A stretch of 45,317 bases of DNA from a virus (lineage: Duplodnaviria > Caudoviricetes): IMG/VR virus record IMGVR_UViG_3300032332_001377, positions 1 to 45,317 of that record. One strand, given 5' to 3'. Made by a program: the position numbers and the translations under genes. How positions within the stretch are numbered: the first letter of the stretch is position 1; every line of letters starts with the position of its first letter. The notes under the pieces are model-generated. The model saw only the letters and a program-made list of their open reading frames with translations. It did not search any database and was not told the DNA's origin. Shown in pieces: positions 37,463 through 45,317 of this stretch.

Positions 37463-38113
37463 ATGCCAATCGCAAGTTTAAATAGATTTACCGTACCATT
37501 AAGTGGATCACAGGCCTCCAGCACTCAGCCTTTGCTGATGCCAAAACTAAAATATAGGTTTCGTGTAACACTTGACGGGTTTGGAGTTGCAGGTGCTCCT
37601 ACAACCGAAATGACCAAACAGGTTATGAACGTTGGCCGCCCGGATATTTCCTTTGCTGAAGTAAAATTAGATGTTTATAACAGCGTTATTAAGATGATTG
37701 GCAAACACTCATTTGCTGATACAAAACTTACTCTTCGTGATGATGCCAGTGGTATTGTTAGCAGAAAAGTCGGCGAACAGATGCAGAAACAATTTGACTT
37801 TTTTGAACAAGCCAGTGCTGCTGCTGCAATCGATTACAAATTTAGAATGCGGGTTGAGATCCTCGACGGTGGTAACGGTGCCTACGAGCCGATTACACTG
37901 GAAAGTTTTGAATATCTAGGCTGCTTTATTAAACAGGCTACGTATCAAGGCGGAGACTACACATCCAGTGATCCAATGGATATTGCATTAACTATCACGT
38001 ACGACAATGCCATCCAACTAGAAGCACCCGGCGGTGCTGCTAGCGGCATTGGTCTACAGGTTGGTAGAGTTCAAAGAGATCCAAAGGCGCAAGGATTAAC
38101 CACGGGCGGTTAA
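37463..38113 (+). CDS. gp19: Tail tube protein (T4 gp19 family)
   Basis: Follows the sheath gene; PKLKYRFRV...LTLRDD...LTITYD tube-like pattern; AAGGAG SD; TATAAATA at 37433-37440. Confidence 0.8.
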   Translation: MPIASLNRFTVPLSGSQASSTQPLLMPKLKYRFRVTLDGFGVAGAPTTEMTKQVMNVGRPDISFAEVKLDVYNSVIKMIGKHSFADTKLTLRDDASGIVSRKVGEQMQKQFDFFEQASAAAAIDYKFRMRVEILDGGNGAYEPITLESFEYLGCFIKQATYQGGDYTSSDPMDIALTITYDNAIQLEAPGGAASGIGLQVGRVQRDPKAQGLTTGG

Positions 38114-38133
38114 TTTCTCTATATTGGTTATAC

Positions 38134-38161
38134 AAGCCCGGCTTAAAATCCGGGCTTTTTT
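38134..38161 (+). terminator. Rho-independent terminator after the tail tube gene
   Basis: AAGCCCGG/CCGGGCTT stem and T tract. Confidence 0.85.
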
Positions 38162-38178
38162 ATTGACTAAATAACAGC

Positions 38179-39462
38179 ATGAGTATTAATAATTATCTAA
38201 CATCATCTGCACCTGACAATGATAATGGCAGAGATATTTTCCACGATTATAGACATGCCTCGCGGTTGTATGTAGAAGACCTACAGGCAAGAGCACCTAA
38301 ATATGGATTTTTATACTATGTAAATTTTGTAATAAACAAAAGTGCTACATTAAGTGATATAAATCAAAATGTTGGAATGTTTGTTAGAAGAATTGATCTT
38401 CCTAGATTCAGTGTAAAAACAGAAACTATGAATCAATATAATAGAAAGACTGTTGTACAAACCAAACTTGAATATAGTCCTATTGCCATGGATTTTCATG
38501 ATGACAACAGTGATATAACAAACAGTTTATGGATTAACTATTATAGAAATAGTTTCGCAGATAGTAGATACCAAGAAAACGACACAGATGTACCCACAGG
38601 ATTTGGAGATACCAAATATGGAGATATAGATTATACATACGGTATATATGATAGAGAAATATCTAGATCCTTTTTTAAAAAAATTGATATTTTTGTAATG
38701 CATCATACCAAACATACATATACAAAAATTTCTTTAATTAATCCTAAAATAACAGAATGGAAACACGATAGTCTTGATCAAAGTGAAGGTACAAAAGTTT
38801 TAAAAAATAGCATGACCGTAGCCTATGATAATGTACTTTATTATGCAGGACAGGTTTCTGAGAACAGACCTGTAGGATTTATTAACGAGTTGTATGATAC
38901 TAGAGAAAGTCCTTTAAAAGTTGGGGGTAATAACGCCAATAGATATCTAAATCGCTATCAAGGATCTCTAGTAAACGACGGAAGTCCAACATTTGATCAA
39001 AAGGTACTAGACAGACAAACTGGACGTACTATTCCTGCACAATCTGGAAACCCTTTATTTGATAAAACAGGAGTTGCTAGAAAATATAATAGTGCTATAA
39101 AAACATCAAATGGAACATTTGATGCAGCAGGACCGGCGAGACCTTACGGATTAATAGGCGGGCCCAGCAGAACTAACAATCAATTTTTAGATATTGCAGG
39201 AATATTGGCCAAAGATTATCTTAATAAAAACGGGCTAGGACGACGCGGGCCAGTTGGTTACAATATTGCAAACAGCGCACTAAATGCGATAACTCGCGAG
39301 GGTGCTGGAAAATACTATGATCCTCCAAAAACAGAAAATAATCCCGGAATATTTAATTTGCCCGGAGGTATTGGCATCAATGTCTTTAAAGGATTTAATA
39401 CCGGTGTAGATGGAAAAATTCGTGCTAACCCTGCTGCTTTAATATTCTCACCTAAAAGATAA
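38179..39462 (+). CDS. Tube-fold baseplate / tail-tube initiator-like protein (gp48/gp54-like)
   Basis: N-half resembles the tube protein (IDLPRF, MDFHDD, MTVAYD); low-complexity C-half. Confidence 0.55.
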   Translation: MSINNYLTSSAPDNDNGRDIFHDYRHASRLYVEDLQARAPKYGFLYYVNFVINKSATLSDINQNVGMFVRRIDLPRFSVKTETMNQYNRKTVVQTKLEYSPIAMDFHDDNSDITNSLWINYYRNSFADSRYQENDTDVPTGFGDTKYGDIDYTYGIYDREISRSFFKKIDIFVMHHTKHTYTKISLINPKITEWKHDSLDQSEGTKVLKNSMTVAYDNVLYYAGQVSENRPVGFINELYDTRESPLKVGGNNANRYLNRYQGSLVNDGSPTFDQKVLDRQTGRTIPAQSGNPLFDKTGVARKYNSAIKTSNGTFDAAGPARPYGLIGGPSRTNNQFLDIAGILAKDYLNKNGLGRRGPVGYNIANSALNAITREGAGKYYDPPKTENNPGIFNLPGGIGINVFKGFNTGVDGKIRANPAALIFSPKR

Positions 39463-39465
39463 TTT

Positions 39466-39837
39466 ATGATAACCGGATATACCAATTTACCACCAAACGA
39501 TTCTAATAAAAATGCCACAGTAACAGGTTTTGAAAATTATCAAAGTTTGCCAATGGGAGTTGATCCTACAATATATGCTGCAATAGTGGGATTTTTTACC
39601 AGCAGAGGATTTGATGATATAGCAGCAGAATTAATTAGCGAAACCATAATCATTCAATCCAAACAAGATGGATATAATCCAATGCAGATTTTAGATTCGT
39701 TAAAAGGACTTGACCAAGTTGATATCAGCGGTTTGGTTGCTGAGATTTTAAATTACAACAGATTTAAAACCAGCAGTCTAGGCATTTCTCAAATAGATAT
39801 CACCAATACTGAAATTGCAAGAAATATATTGGCATGA
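39466..39837 (+). CDS. Hypothetical protein
   Basis: 123-aa ORF tightly packed between its neighbours. Confidence 0.75.
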   Translation: MITGYTNLPPNDSNKNATVTGFENYQSLPMGVDPTIYAAIVGFFTSRGFDDIAAELISETIIIQSKQDGYNPMQILDSLKGLDQVDISGLVAEILNYNRFKTSSLGISQIDITNTEIARNILA

Positions 39838-40277
39838 GCCTGAAATTTAGTCAAGGTGTTTATAATATAAAGAATCCAGAAAAGTATGCTGGATCTGGAA
39901 TGCCTAGATATAGAAGCAGTTGGGAACACACATTTATGCAATTCTGTGATAATAATCCCAGCATACAACAATGGGCCAGCGAAAGCGTAAAAATACCCTA
40001 CAGAGATCCACTTACAGGAAAACAGACAGTTTATGTGCCTGATTTTTTAATTGTATATCTTGATAAAAATTTAAAGAAACATGCAGAACTTGTTGAAATA
40101 AAACCAGCAAATCAAATGTTGAAAGAAAAGGTCGGTAAGAATCCCTATAACCAAGCCCAATATGTAAAAAACATGGCCAAATGGGCTGCTGCTGGGCAAT
40201 GGTGTCAACAACATGGATTGAAGTTCAGAGTGATAAACGAGACCGACATCTTTCATAATCCCAAATCAAAGCGATAA
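39834..40277 (+). CDS. Head completion nuclease (T4 gp4 / TnsA-like PD-(D/E)xK)
   Basis: NPEKYAG, YRSSWE, WASE..KIPY, YVPDF and VEIKP motifs. Confidence 0.88.
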   Translation: MSLKFSQGVYNIKNPEKYAGSGMPRYRSSWEHTFMQFCDNNPSIQQWASESVKIPYRDPLTGKQTVYVPDFLIVYLDKNLKKHAELVEIKPANQMLKEKVGKNPYNQAQYVKNMAKWAAAGQWCQQHGLKFRVINETDIFHNPKSKR

Positions 40278-40287
40278 GTAAATTACT

Positions 40288-40770
40288 ATGACTAAGAAAT
40301 TAGAAAAATTACTCGACCTTTCTCCAAATACAGAACCGTTTATAGGATCTACCCCAGTGGATGCTCAACCAGTTCCCACCATCAATCTTCAAGAAAAACT
40401 GGAAGAATTTGATAAAATATCAGCAGCACTGCCTCGCGTAAAAGGACTGGGCGATATAAGCGATGCAGAACTAGATGCATTGGCCAATAAAGCAGAACAA
40501 GCCTACGATGATCTCATGGATCTAGGCATGAATGTAGATCCTCGATATGGTGCTCGTATGTTTGAAGTGGCAGCAAATATGATGACTGCTGCTATTAATG
40601 CTAAAAGCGCCAAGATTGACAAGAAACTAAAAATGGTTGATCTCCAGTTGAAAAAACTGGCTATAGATAAAAAACATGCCGAACCTGACAACAATACCAT
40701 AGAAGGCCAAGGATACATTATCAGCGATCGAAATAGCATCCTTGAAAAACTTAAATCTTTGAATAAATAA
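40288..40770 (+). CDS. Probable terminase small subunit (gp16-like)
   Basis: 160-aa helical protein with ARMFEV motif, upstream of terL. Confidence 0.5.
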   Translation: MTKKLEKLLDLSPNTEPFIGSTPVDAQPVPTINLQEKLEEFDKISAALPRVKGLGDISDAELDALANKAEQAYDDLMDLGMNVDPRYGARMFEVAANMMTAAINAKSAKIDKKLKMVDLQLKKLAIDKKHAEPDNNTIEGQGYIISDRNSILEKLKSLNK

Positions 40771-40776
40771 TATATC

Positions 40777-41364
40777 ATGAAATCATTCAAAAACTACCTT
40801 GCAGAATCCAAGAAGCAGTACGATTTTCGTATTAAAATTGCTGGGGAAATGAGCCCCGAGCAAGAATCCCTACTTAAATCCAGTCTTGATCGCTTTCAGG
40901 TCAGCGGATTTAAGAAAACAGGAAAAACACCTATTCAGGAACTGCCATTGGATTTCCCTCAGGTCAAGAACTGCGAAGTTAATATGTACGAAGTAGTGCT
41001 GGATTATCCTACTACTCAACTGGAACTGATCGAATATATCAGCAATAATCTAAAAGTTAATAAACAAACTGTTGTGGTTAAGCGTCCGGGAGAACCCAGT
41101 GAAGAATATCAGATGGCAGTTGAACCTCGCGAAGGTGCGTTGTTAGATGATCCTGATTATAAAGAAGCAGGAAATCCCCAATTTGAAGATTACTACGGGG
41201 ACAGATACAACAGTGGATTTGTTAAAGAATTGAATGATATTCTCAAACTACAGCGTAAAGCAAGAGGGGAAATTATCCCAACCCAGGGTGCTGCAAAATA
41301 CAACACAGATAGCACCGATAAAACCGGTAGTGTTTTAAAAACCTCACCCGATCCAAGGAAATAA
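40777..41364 (+). CDS. Hypothetical protein (possible head-internal protein)
   Basis: MKSFKNYLAES N-terminus resembles T4 capsid-targeting sequences. Confidence 0.7.
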   Translation: MKSFKNYLAESKKQYDFRIKIAGEMSPEQESLLKSSLDRFQVSGFKKTGKTPIQELPLDFPQVKNCEVNMYEVVLDYPTTQLELIEYISNNLKVNKQTVVVKRPGEPSEEYQMAVEPREGALLDDPDYKEAGNPQFEDYYGDRYNSGFVKELNDILKLQRKARGEIIPTQGAAKYNTDSTDKTGSVLKTSPDPRK

Positions 41365-41368
41365 AATT

Positions 41369-42553
41369 ATGCAAATGATAGATCTAATGAAAAGACTAGC
41401 CGAACTCGATGCAGCAAATTCTAATGTAATTCGAGAAGAAGCCGGCACAGTTAGTTGCTCTAGTTGCGGCGAGAAGTTTAAAATTTCTGGTCGTAAAGAT
41501 GGGTTTAGTCATTGTAGTGATCACAAAGGCCATAAGGCATTAGATGAAAGTGCTAATTTAGAAGAATGCGGCCCAATGGGTGCTATGGGATTGATGCCGG
41601 GTCAAATGGATCATCACACACCTGCCAGTATTAATATCACCGCAGATAGCGGGGAAGAACTCAGCCATATGCTAAGAGATATTATGACTCTAGCAGGTCG
41701 TGGTCATGCAGAACCCGATGCTGACAACATGCCAGTAGACGCAGTTGCAATTGACATGGCTCCGCCTGCAGAGATTGATTTTGATGGTGGCAACGATGAC
41801 AACACTCTCATGCGTGGTATGATGGACAAGTTAAATGCTGCCGGCGACGAAGACATGGATGGTGAGGAAGAAACAGAAGAAGGCACCGACGGCAGTTGGG
41901 ATAACAGTCCTAATCATGCGACGGATATTGGACACTATAGCGATGCAACTCCTAAGGGCAACGACTTATCTAGTCATGCCGATAACGAAAGACCAAAAAT
42001 GAATGGGGGTGGCAATCCTTATGCTATGGAAGAAAAGTTAATGGCAGACTGGAAAAAGTTCATGACTGAAAATAGTGACGATTCCTTGTCCTTTTGGAAG
42101 AGGGAAGCACAAAAAGCCGGCGGTGCTAAAAATATTGACTGGCACGGTATCGGTATAGAACATGGCAAGCAAGGTATTGTTATGAACCCACCATACGGTG
42201 CTGGTGGTCGTGCTGTATCACAGTATGACAAGGGGCTAGAAGCAGGCGAAAATTTTGACCCACTAAAACACATTGACAGCCCTACACAGGGCGAAAGAGA
42301 TGCTGCTCCAGATGTCGATCGCGGTAGTTATAGTGATCGTGCTGCAATGTTGAAATCAGCAGAGCAAGGCGGACGTTTGAAAGACACTATGGAAGGCGAT
42401 AGTGGAGCTCAGTATAAAGTTAAAAGTACCGGTCGCGATGCAAAAGGTGATTACTATGTCAGCCCAAGCACAGGCAAGAATGTTTATAAAAGCGGTGTAA
42501 AGCGGGGCGACCACGAAAATCCTAAAACAGGCGAGATTAAACCCAAAGTTTAA
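41369..42553 (+). CDS. Acidic modular hypothetical protein (possible head-internal protein)
   Basis: 394 aa, acidic, with a small CxxC...HC..H module near the N-terminus. Confidence 0.7.
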   Translation: MQMIDLMKRLAELDAANSNVIREEAGTVSCSSCGEKFKISGRKDGFSHCSDHKGHKALDESANLEECGPMGAMGLMPGQMDHHTPASINITADSGEELSHMLRDIMTLAGRGHAEPDADNMPVDAVAIDMAPPAEIDFDGGNDDNTLMRGMMDKLNAAGDEDMDGEEETEEGTDGSWDNSPNHATDIGHYSDATPKGNDLSSHADNERPKMNGGGNPYAMEEKLMADWKKFMTENSDDSLSFWKREAQKAGGAKNIDWHGIGIEHGKQGIVMNPPYGAGGRAVSQYDKGLEAGENFDPLKHIDSPTQGERDAAPDVDRGSYSDRAAMLKSAEQGGRLKDTMEGDSGAQYKVKSTGRDAKGDYYVSPSTGKNVYKSGVKRGDHENPKTGEIKPKV

Positions 42554-42570
42554 TAACCTAAAACAAGTAT

Positions 42571-42597
42571 AAAAAAGCCTCTTCGGAGGCTTTTTTT
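42571..42597 (+). terminator. Rho-independent terminator (possibly bidirectional)
   Basis: AAAAAAGCCTC-TTCG-GAGGCTTTTTT. Confidence 0.9.
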
Positions 42598-42611
42598 ATG
42601 TAAATAAAATT

Positions 42612-43532
42612 ATGGCCATAAAACAAACTAAACTGGTAAAAACTGCTCATAGCCAGCAAAAATTTAATCAACAGCAAATTGACGATCTTGTTGCCTGCAA
42701 TGACCCAAAAACAGGTCCTCATTATTTTTTAGATAACTTTTTCTATATACAACACCCAGTTAAAGGTCAACTTCGCTACGAAGCATTTGACTATCAACGT
42801 AGATTAATAGATAGTTATCACAATCATAGATTTAATGTAAACCTATTACCGAGACAAACAGGCAAGACCACTACCGCAGCAGGTTACCTATTGTGGTTCG
42901 CTATGTTTATTCCTGACAGCACTATATTGATTGCTGCACACAAATACACCGGCGCTCAAGAGATTATGAATCGTGTAAGATACGCATATGAACTGTGCCC
43001 TGATCATATTCGCTGCGGTGCAACCAGTTATAACAAACAGAGTATAGAATTTGACAATGGGTCACGCATAGTAGCACAGACTACAACAGAAACAACTGGG
43101 CGTGGTATGAGTTTGTCATTACTTTATGCTGATGAATTCGCATTCGTCCCCCCAAATGTGGCCACTGAATTCTGGACTAGTATATCTCCTACATTGGCTA
43201 CTGGTGGTAAAGCAATTATTACATCAACACCAAACAGTGACGAAGACCAGTTCGCACAAATTTGGAAGGAAGCCAATTACAGATTTGACGAACATGGTAA
43301 TCAGACCAAGACTGGCCGTAACGGGTTCTTTCCATTTAAAGCGCATTGGAGCGAGCATCCTGAACGTGATGAAAAATGGGCCGAAGTTGAACGTAGTCGT
43401 ATTGGGGAAGAACGATTTAGGCGTGAGCATGATTGTATCACAGGAGATTCTATTATATCTATAAAATGGCCTGACGGTAAAATAGAACAAATGTCAATTA
43501 TAGAATTAAAACAATTATTGATGAGTTCATAA
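42612..43532 (+). CDS. terL: Terminase large subunit N-terminal (ATPase) part fused to split-intein N fragment
   Basis: FDYQ, Walker A LPRQTGKTT, Walker B LLYADE and TST motif III; ends FRREHD-CITGDSIISIK. Confidence 0.95.
   Translation: MAIKQTKLVKTAHSQQKFNQQQIDDLVACNDPKTGPHYFLDNFFYIQHPVKGQLRYEAFDYQRRLIDSYHNHRFNVNLLPRQTGKTTTAAGYLLWFAMFIPDSTILIAAHKYTGAQEIMNRVRYAYELCPDHIRCGATSYNKQSIEFDNGSRIVAQTTTETTGRGMSLSLLYADEFAFVPPNVATEFWTSISPTLATGGKAIITSTPNSDEDQFAQIWKEANYRFDEHGNQTKTGRNGFFPFKAHWSEHPERDEKWAEVERSRIGEERFRREHDCITGDSIISIKWPDGKIEQMSIIELKQLLMSS
43434..43529 (+). mobile_element. Split intein N fragment (32 aa)
   Basis: Block A CITGDSIISI starting at Cys275, then MSIIEL, then stop. Confidence 0.9.
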
Positions 43533-43558
43533 TATTTGACGAAATGATAAATAATATT

Positions 43559-44242
43559 ATGAAATTACATAAGCATCATATAATACCTCGACACGCAGGC
43601 GGGTCTGACGATCCTTCAAATTTAGTTGAATTGAGTATAGAGGAGCATGCTACTGCTCATAAAGAACTATATGAAAAATACGGCCGGTGGCAGGATAGAG
43701 TAGCATGGTTAAGTCTATCTGGTATCATGAAGGACGAAGAAAGAATTTATGAAATATTAAAAAATTCTAATCCCGGTGGCTACAAGCATACTACAGAGGC
43801 CAAGGAGAAACTATCTAAAATGCGTTTGGGAGATAAAAATCCTATGTATGGAAAACCTGCCCCTAACAGAGGTGTAAAAAGACCGGGTGTCGGCGGACGA
43901 AAGAAAGGCACAGGGTGGTCTGAAGAAGAAAGAGAAAAACAAATTAAGATTAGATCTGCCGAAGGATATTATGATTACACTAAAGATCCAGAAAGGCGTA
44001 AAAAAATAAGTGATGCTAAAAAAGGCACAATAGGATCTGCTAAGGGAAAAACTTGGTTTAATAATGGAGTAGTAGAAACATATGCTCTGATTTGCCCGGA
44101 AGGATATATTAAAGGCAGATTATCTCGATTACTGCTTGCAAAACGAGGAATGCTGTGGTATAACAACGGCGAAGTAAATCGCCAATTTAAAGAAGACACA
44201 CAACCTGAAGGATTTAGTCGTGGAAGAATTGCTAAAAAATAA
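43559..44242 (+). CDS. Free-standing HNH homing endonuclease with NUMOD3-like DNA-binding motifs
   Basis: HKHHIIPRHAGGSDDPSNLVELSIEEHATAH; HTTEAKEKLS..KNPMYGK; two WxNNG...PEG..GR repeats. Start at 43559 (TAAATA-N5-ATG) or 43544. Confidence 0.9.
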   Translation: MKLHKHHIIPRHAGGSDDPSNLVELSIEEHATAHKELYEKYGRWQDRVAWLSLSGIMKDEERIYEILKNSNPGGYKHTTEAKEKLSKMRLGDKNPMYGKPAPNRGVKRPGVGGRKKGTGWSEEEREKQIKIRSAEGYYDYTKDPERRKKISDAKKGTIGSAKGKTWFNNGVVETYALICPEGYIKGRLSRLLLAKRGMLWYNNGEVNRQFKEDTQPEGFSRGRIAKK

Positions 44243-44552
44243 ATTAGGACTACAAGTCCTCACCGACACCGGATGGAGTAATTTTGAAGGGCTATTAGAT
44301 AAAGGCCTACAAAAAACACTGAAGGTAAAAACAGAAACCAAAGAAATAACCTGCACTCCTAACCACAACTTTTTTGATAATAAATTTTGCTCAATTGAAG
44401 CACAAAAACTGTTTCCCGGTATAAGAATTCAAGTTGCGAGTGGTATTGAAAAAGTAGTATCTGTAAAACTATTCAACGAAGAACCAGTATACGATCTATT
44501 TGATGTTGAAAAAAATCATAGATTTTATGCTAATGATATCCTTGTTAAAAAT
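44220..44552 (+). mobile_element. Split intein C fragment (111 aa)
   Basis: Block B TCTPNH, block F PVYDLFDV..H.FYAN and block G ILVKN followed by +1 Cys. Confidence 0.9.
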
Positions 44553-45311
44553 TGTGAATTTTTGGTTTTCGATGAGACACTAATCAACAGTATTAAATTA
44601 TCTACACTAGAAGGGAAAGATCCTTTTATGAAGATGGGACAAGCACGATGGTATAAACGAATCAAAACTAATTCCAGTTATATTGTGGCATTGGACCCTA
44701 GTTTAGGTACAGGTGGCGATCCTGCTGCTATACAGATACTGGAAATTCCCAGTTTCGAACAGGTAGCAGAATGGCAACATAATCTGACTCCTATACAAGG
44801 GCAAGTTAGAATCTTAAGAGACCTCTGTAATTATATCAATGACGAATGCGCCAAACATGGATCACAGGCCAGTATCTACTATAGTATAGAAAACAATGCT
44901 GTTGGCGAAGCAGCATTAGTAGCCGTTGATGAATTAGGAGAACAGAGTATACCTGGACTGTTCCTGAGCGAGCCAATCAAGAAAGGGCATATAAGACGAT
45001 TTCGCAAGGGATTTAATACCACACACAGCAGTAAAATAGCCATATGTGCAAAACTCAAGCACCTCATAGAAAGTGATAGATTGAAATTATACAGTAAGCC
45101 GTTAATTAGTGAATTAAAAACCTTTGTGGCCAAAGGTATTAGTTTTTCAGGTAAAGTAGGTAGTAATGATGATCTTGTCAGTAGTTTGCTATTAGCATTA
45201 CGAATGGTTATCTTGTTACAAGAGTGGGATCCTGCTATCTACGATAAAATGCGTGAAGAACGAGAAGATGAGTGGGTTATGCCTCTGCCCATCTATGTTA
45301 GTTCTTTTTAA
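44220..45311 (+). CDS. terL: Split-intein C fragment fused to terminase large subunit C-terminal (nuclease) part
   Basis: GTG start with AAGGA SD 7 nt upstream; intein, then CEFL..., VALDPS, IENN, GFNTT and NDDLV RNase H-like motifs. Confidence 0.93.
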   Translation: MEELLKNKLGLQVLTDTGWSNFEGLLDKGLQKTLKVKTETKEITCTPNHNFFDNKFCSIEAQKLFPGIRIQVASGIEKVVSVKLFNEEPVYDLFDVEKNHRFYANDILVKNCEFLVFDETLINSIKLSTLEGKDPFMKMGQARWYKRIKTNSSYIVALDPSLGTGGDPAAIQILEIPSFEQVAEWQHNLTPIQGQVRILRDLCNYINDECAKHGSQASIYYSIENNAVGEAALVAVDELGEQSIPGLFLSEPIKKGHIRRFRKGFNTTHSSKIAICAKLKHLIESDRLKLYSKPLISELKTFVAKGISFSGKVGSNDDLVSSLLLALRMVILLQEWDPAIYDKMREEREDEWVMPLPIYVSSF

Positions 45312-45317
45312 TAAATA

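Noticed and set aside
42612-45311. terL as a pseudogene, or as interrupted by a group I intron
   Set aside because: Both halves keep all catalytic motifs and complementary intein blocks, and TerL-C has its own SD and start. There is essentially no non-coding space for a ribozyme core (under 30 nt upstream of the HNH gene, overlap downstream).
1-45317. Stop-codon reassignment as in some large phages
   Set aside because: Conserved genes are full length under the standard code and coding density is high.

Overview
AT-rich, densely coding window from the virion morphogenesis region of a large T4-like myophage, read with the standard genetic code. No tRNA, rRNA or CRISPR array was seen. Gene order: partial repeat-containing gene; reverse-strand gp26/gp51-like pair; tape-measure-like protein; portal, core, protease, scaffold and major capsid genes (gp20-gp23); a ~16 kb fibre/appendage cluster; a 2OG-Fe(II) oxygenase and two paralogous unknowns; Nudix; gp15, gp14 and gp13 neck/tail-completion genes; dNMP kinase; sheath and tube; gp4; probable TerS; and a fractured large terminase. 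Main observations: (1) terL is split into two genes carrying an atypically split intein (32-aa IntN, 111-aa IntC) with a free-standing HNH/NUMOD homing endonuclease between them. (2) A ~23% Tyr protein has mirror-symmetric 5+5 repeat arms and sits directly upstream of three putative modifying enzymes. (3) A 1870-aa virion protein has five repeats matching the phycobiliprotein bilin-binding Cys motif. (4) A T-TTT-TTC -1 frameshift site would fuse the gp26-like and gp51-like ORFs, as in lambda G/GT. (5) There is a TAAATA-N5-ATG leaderless late-promoter pattern, a candidate pseudoknotted 5' leader, and a non-AUG start with a hairpin-bridged Shine-Dalgarno (SD). All family assignments come from manual motif recognition; no database searches were run.
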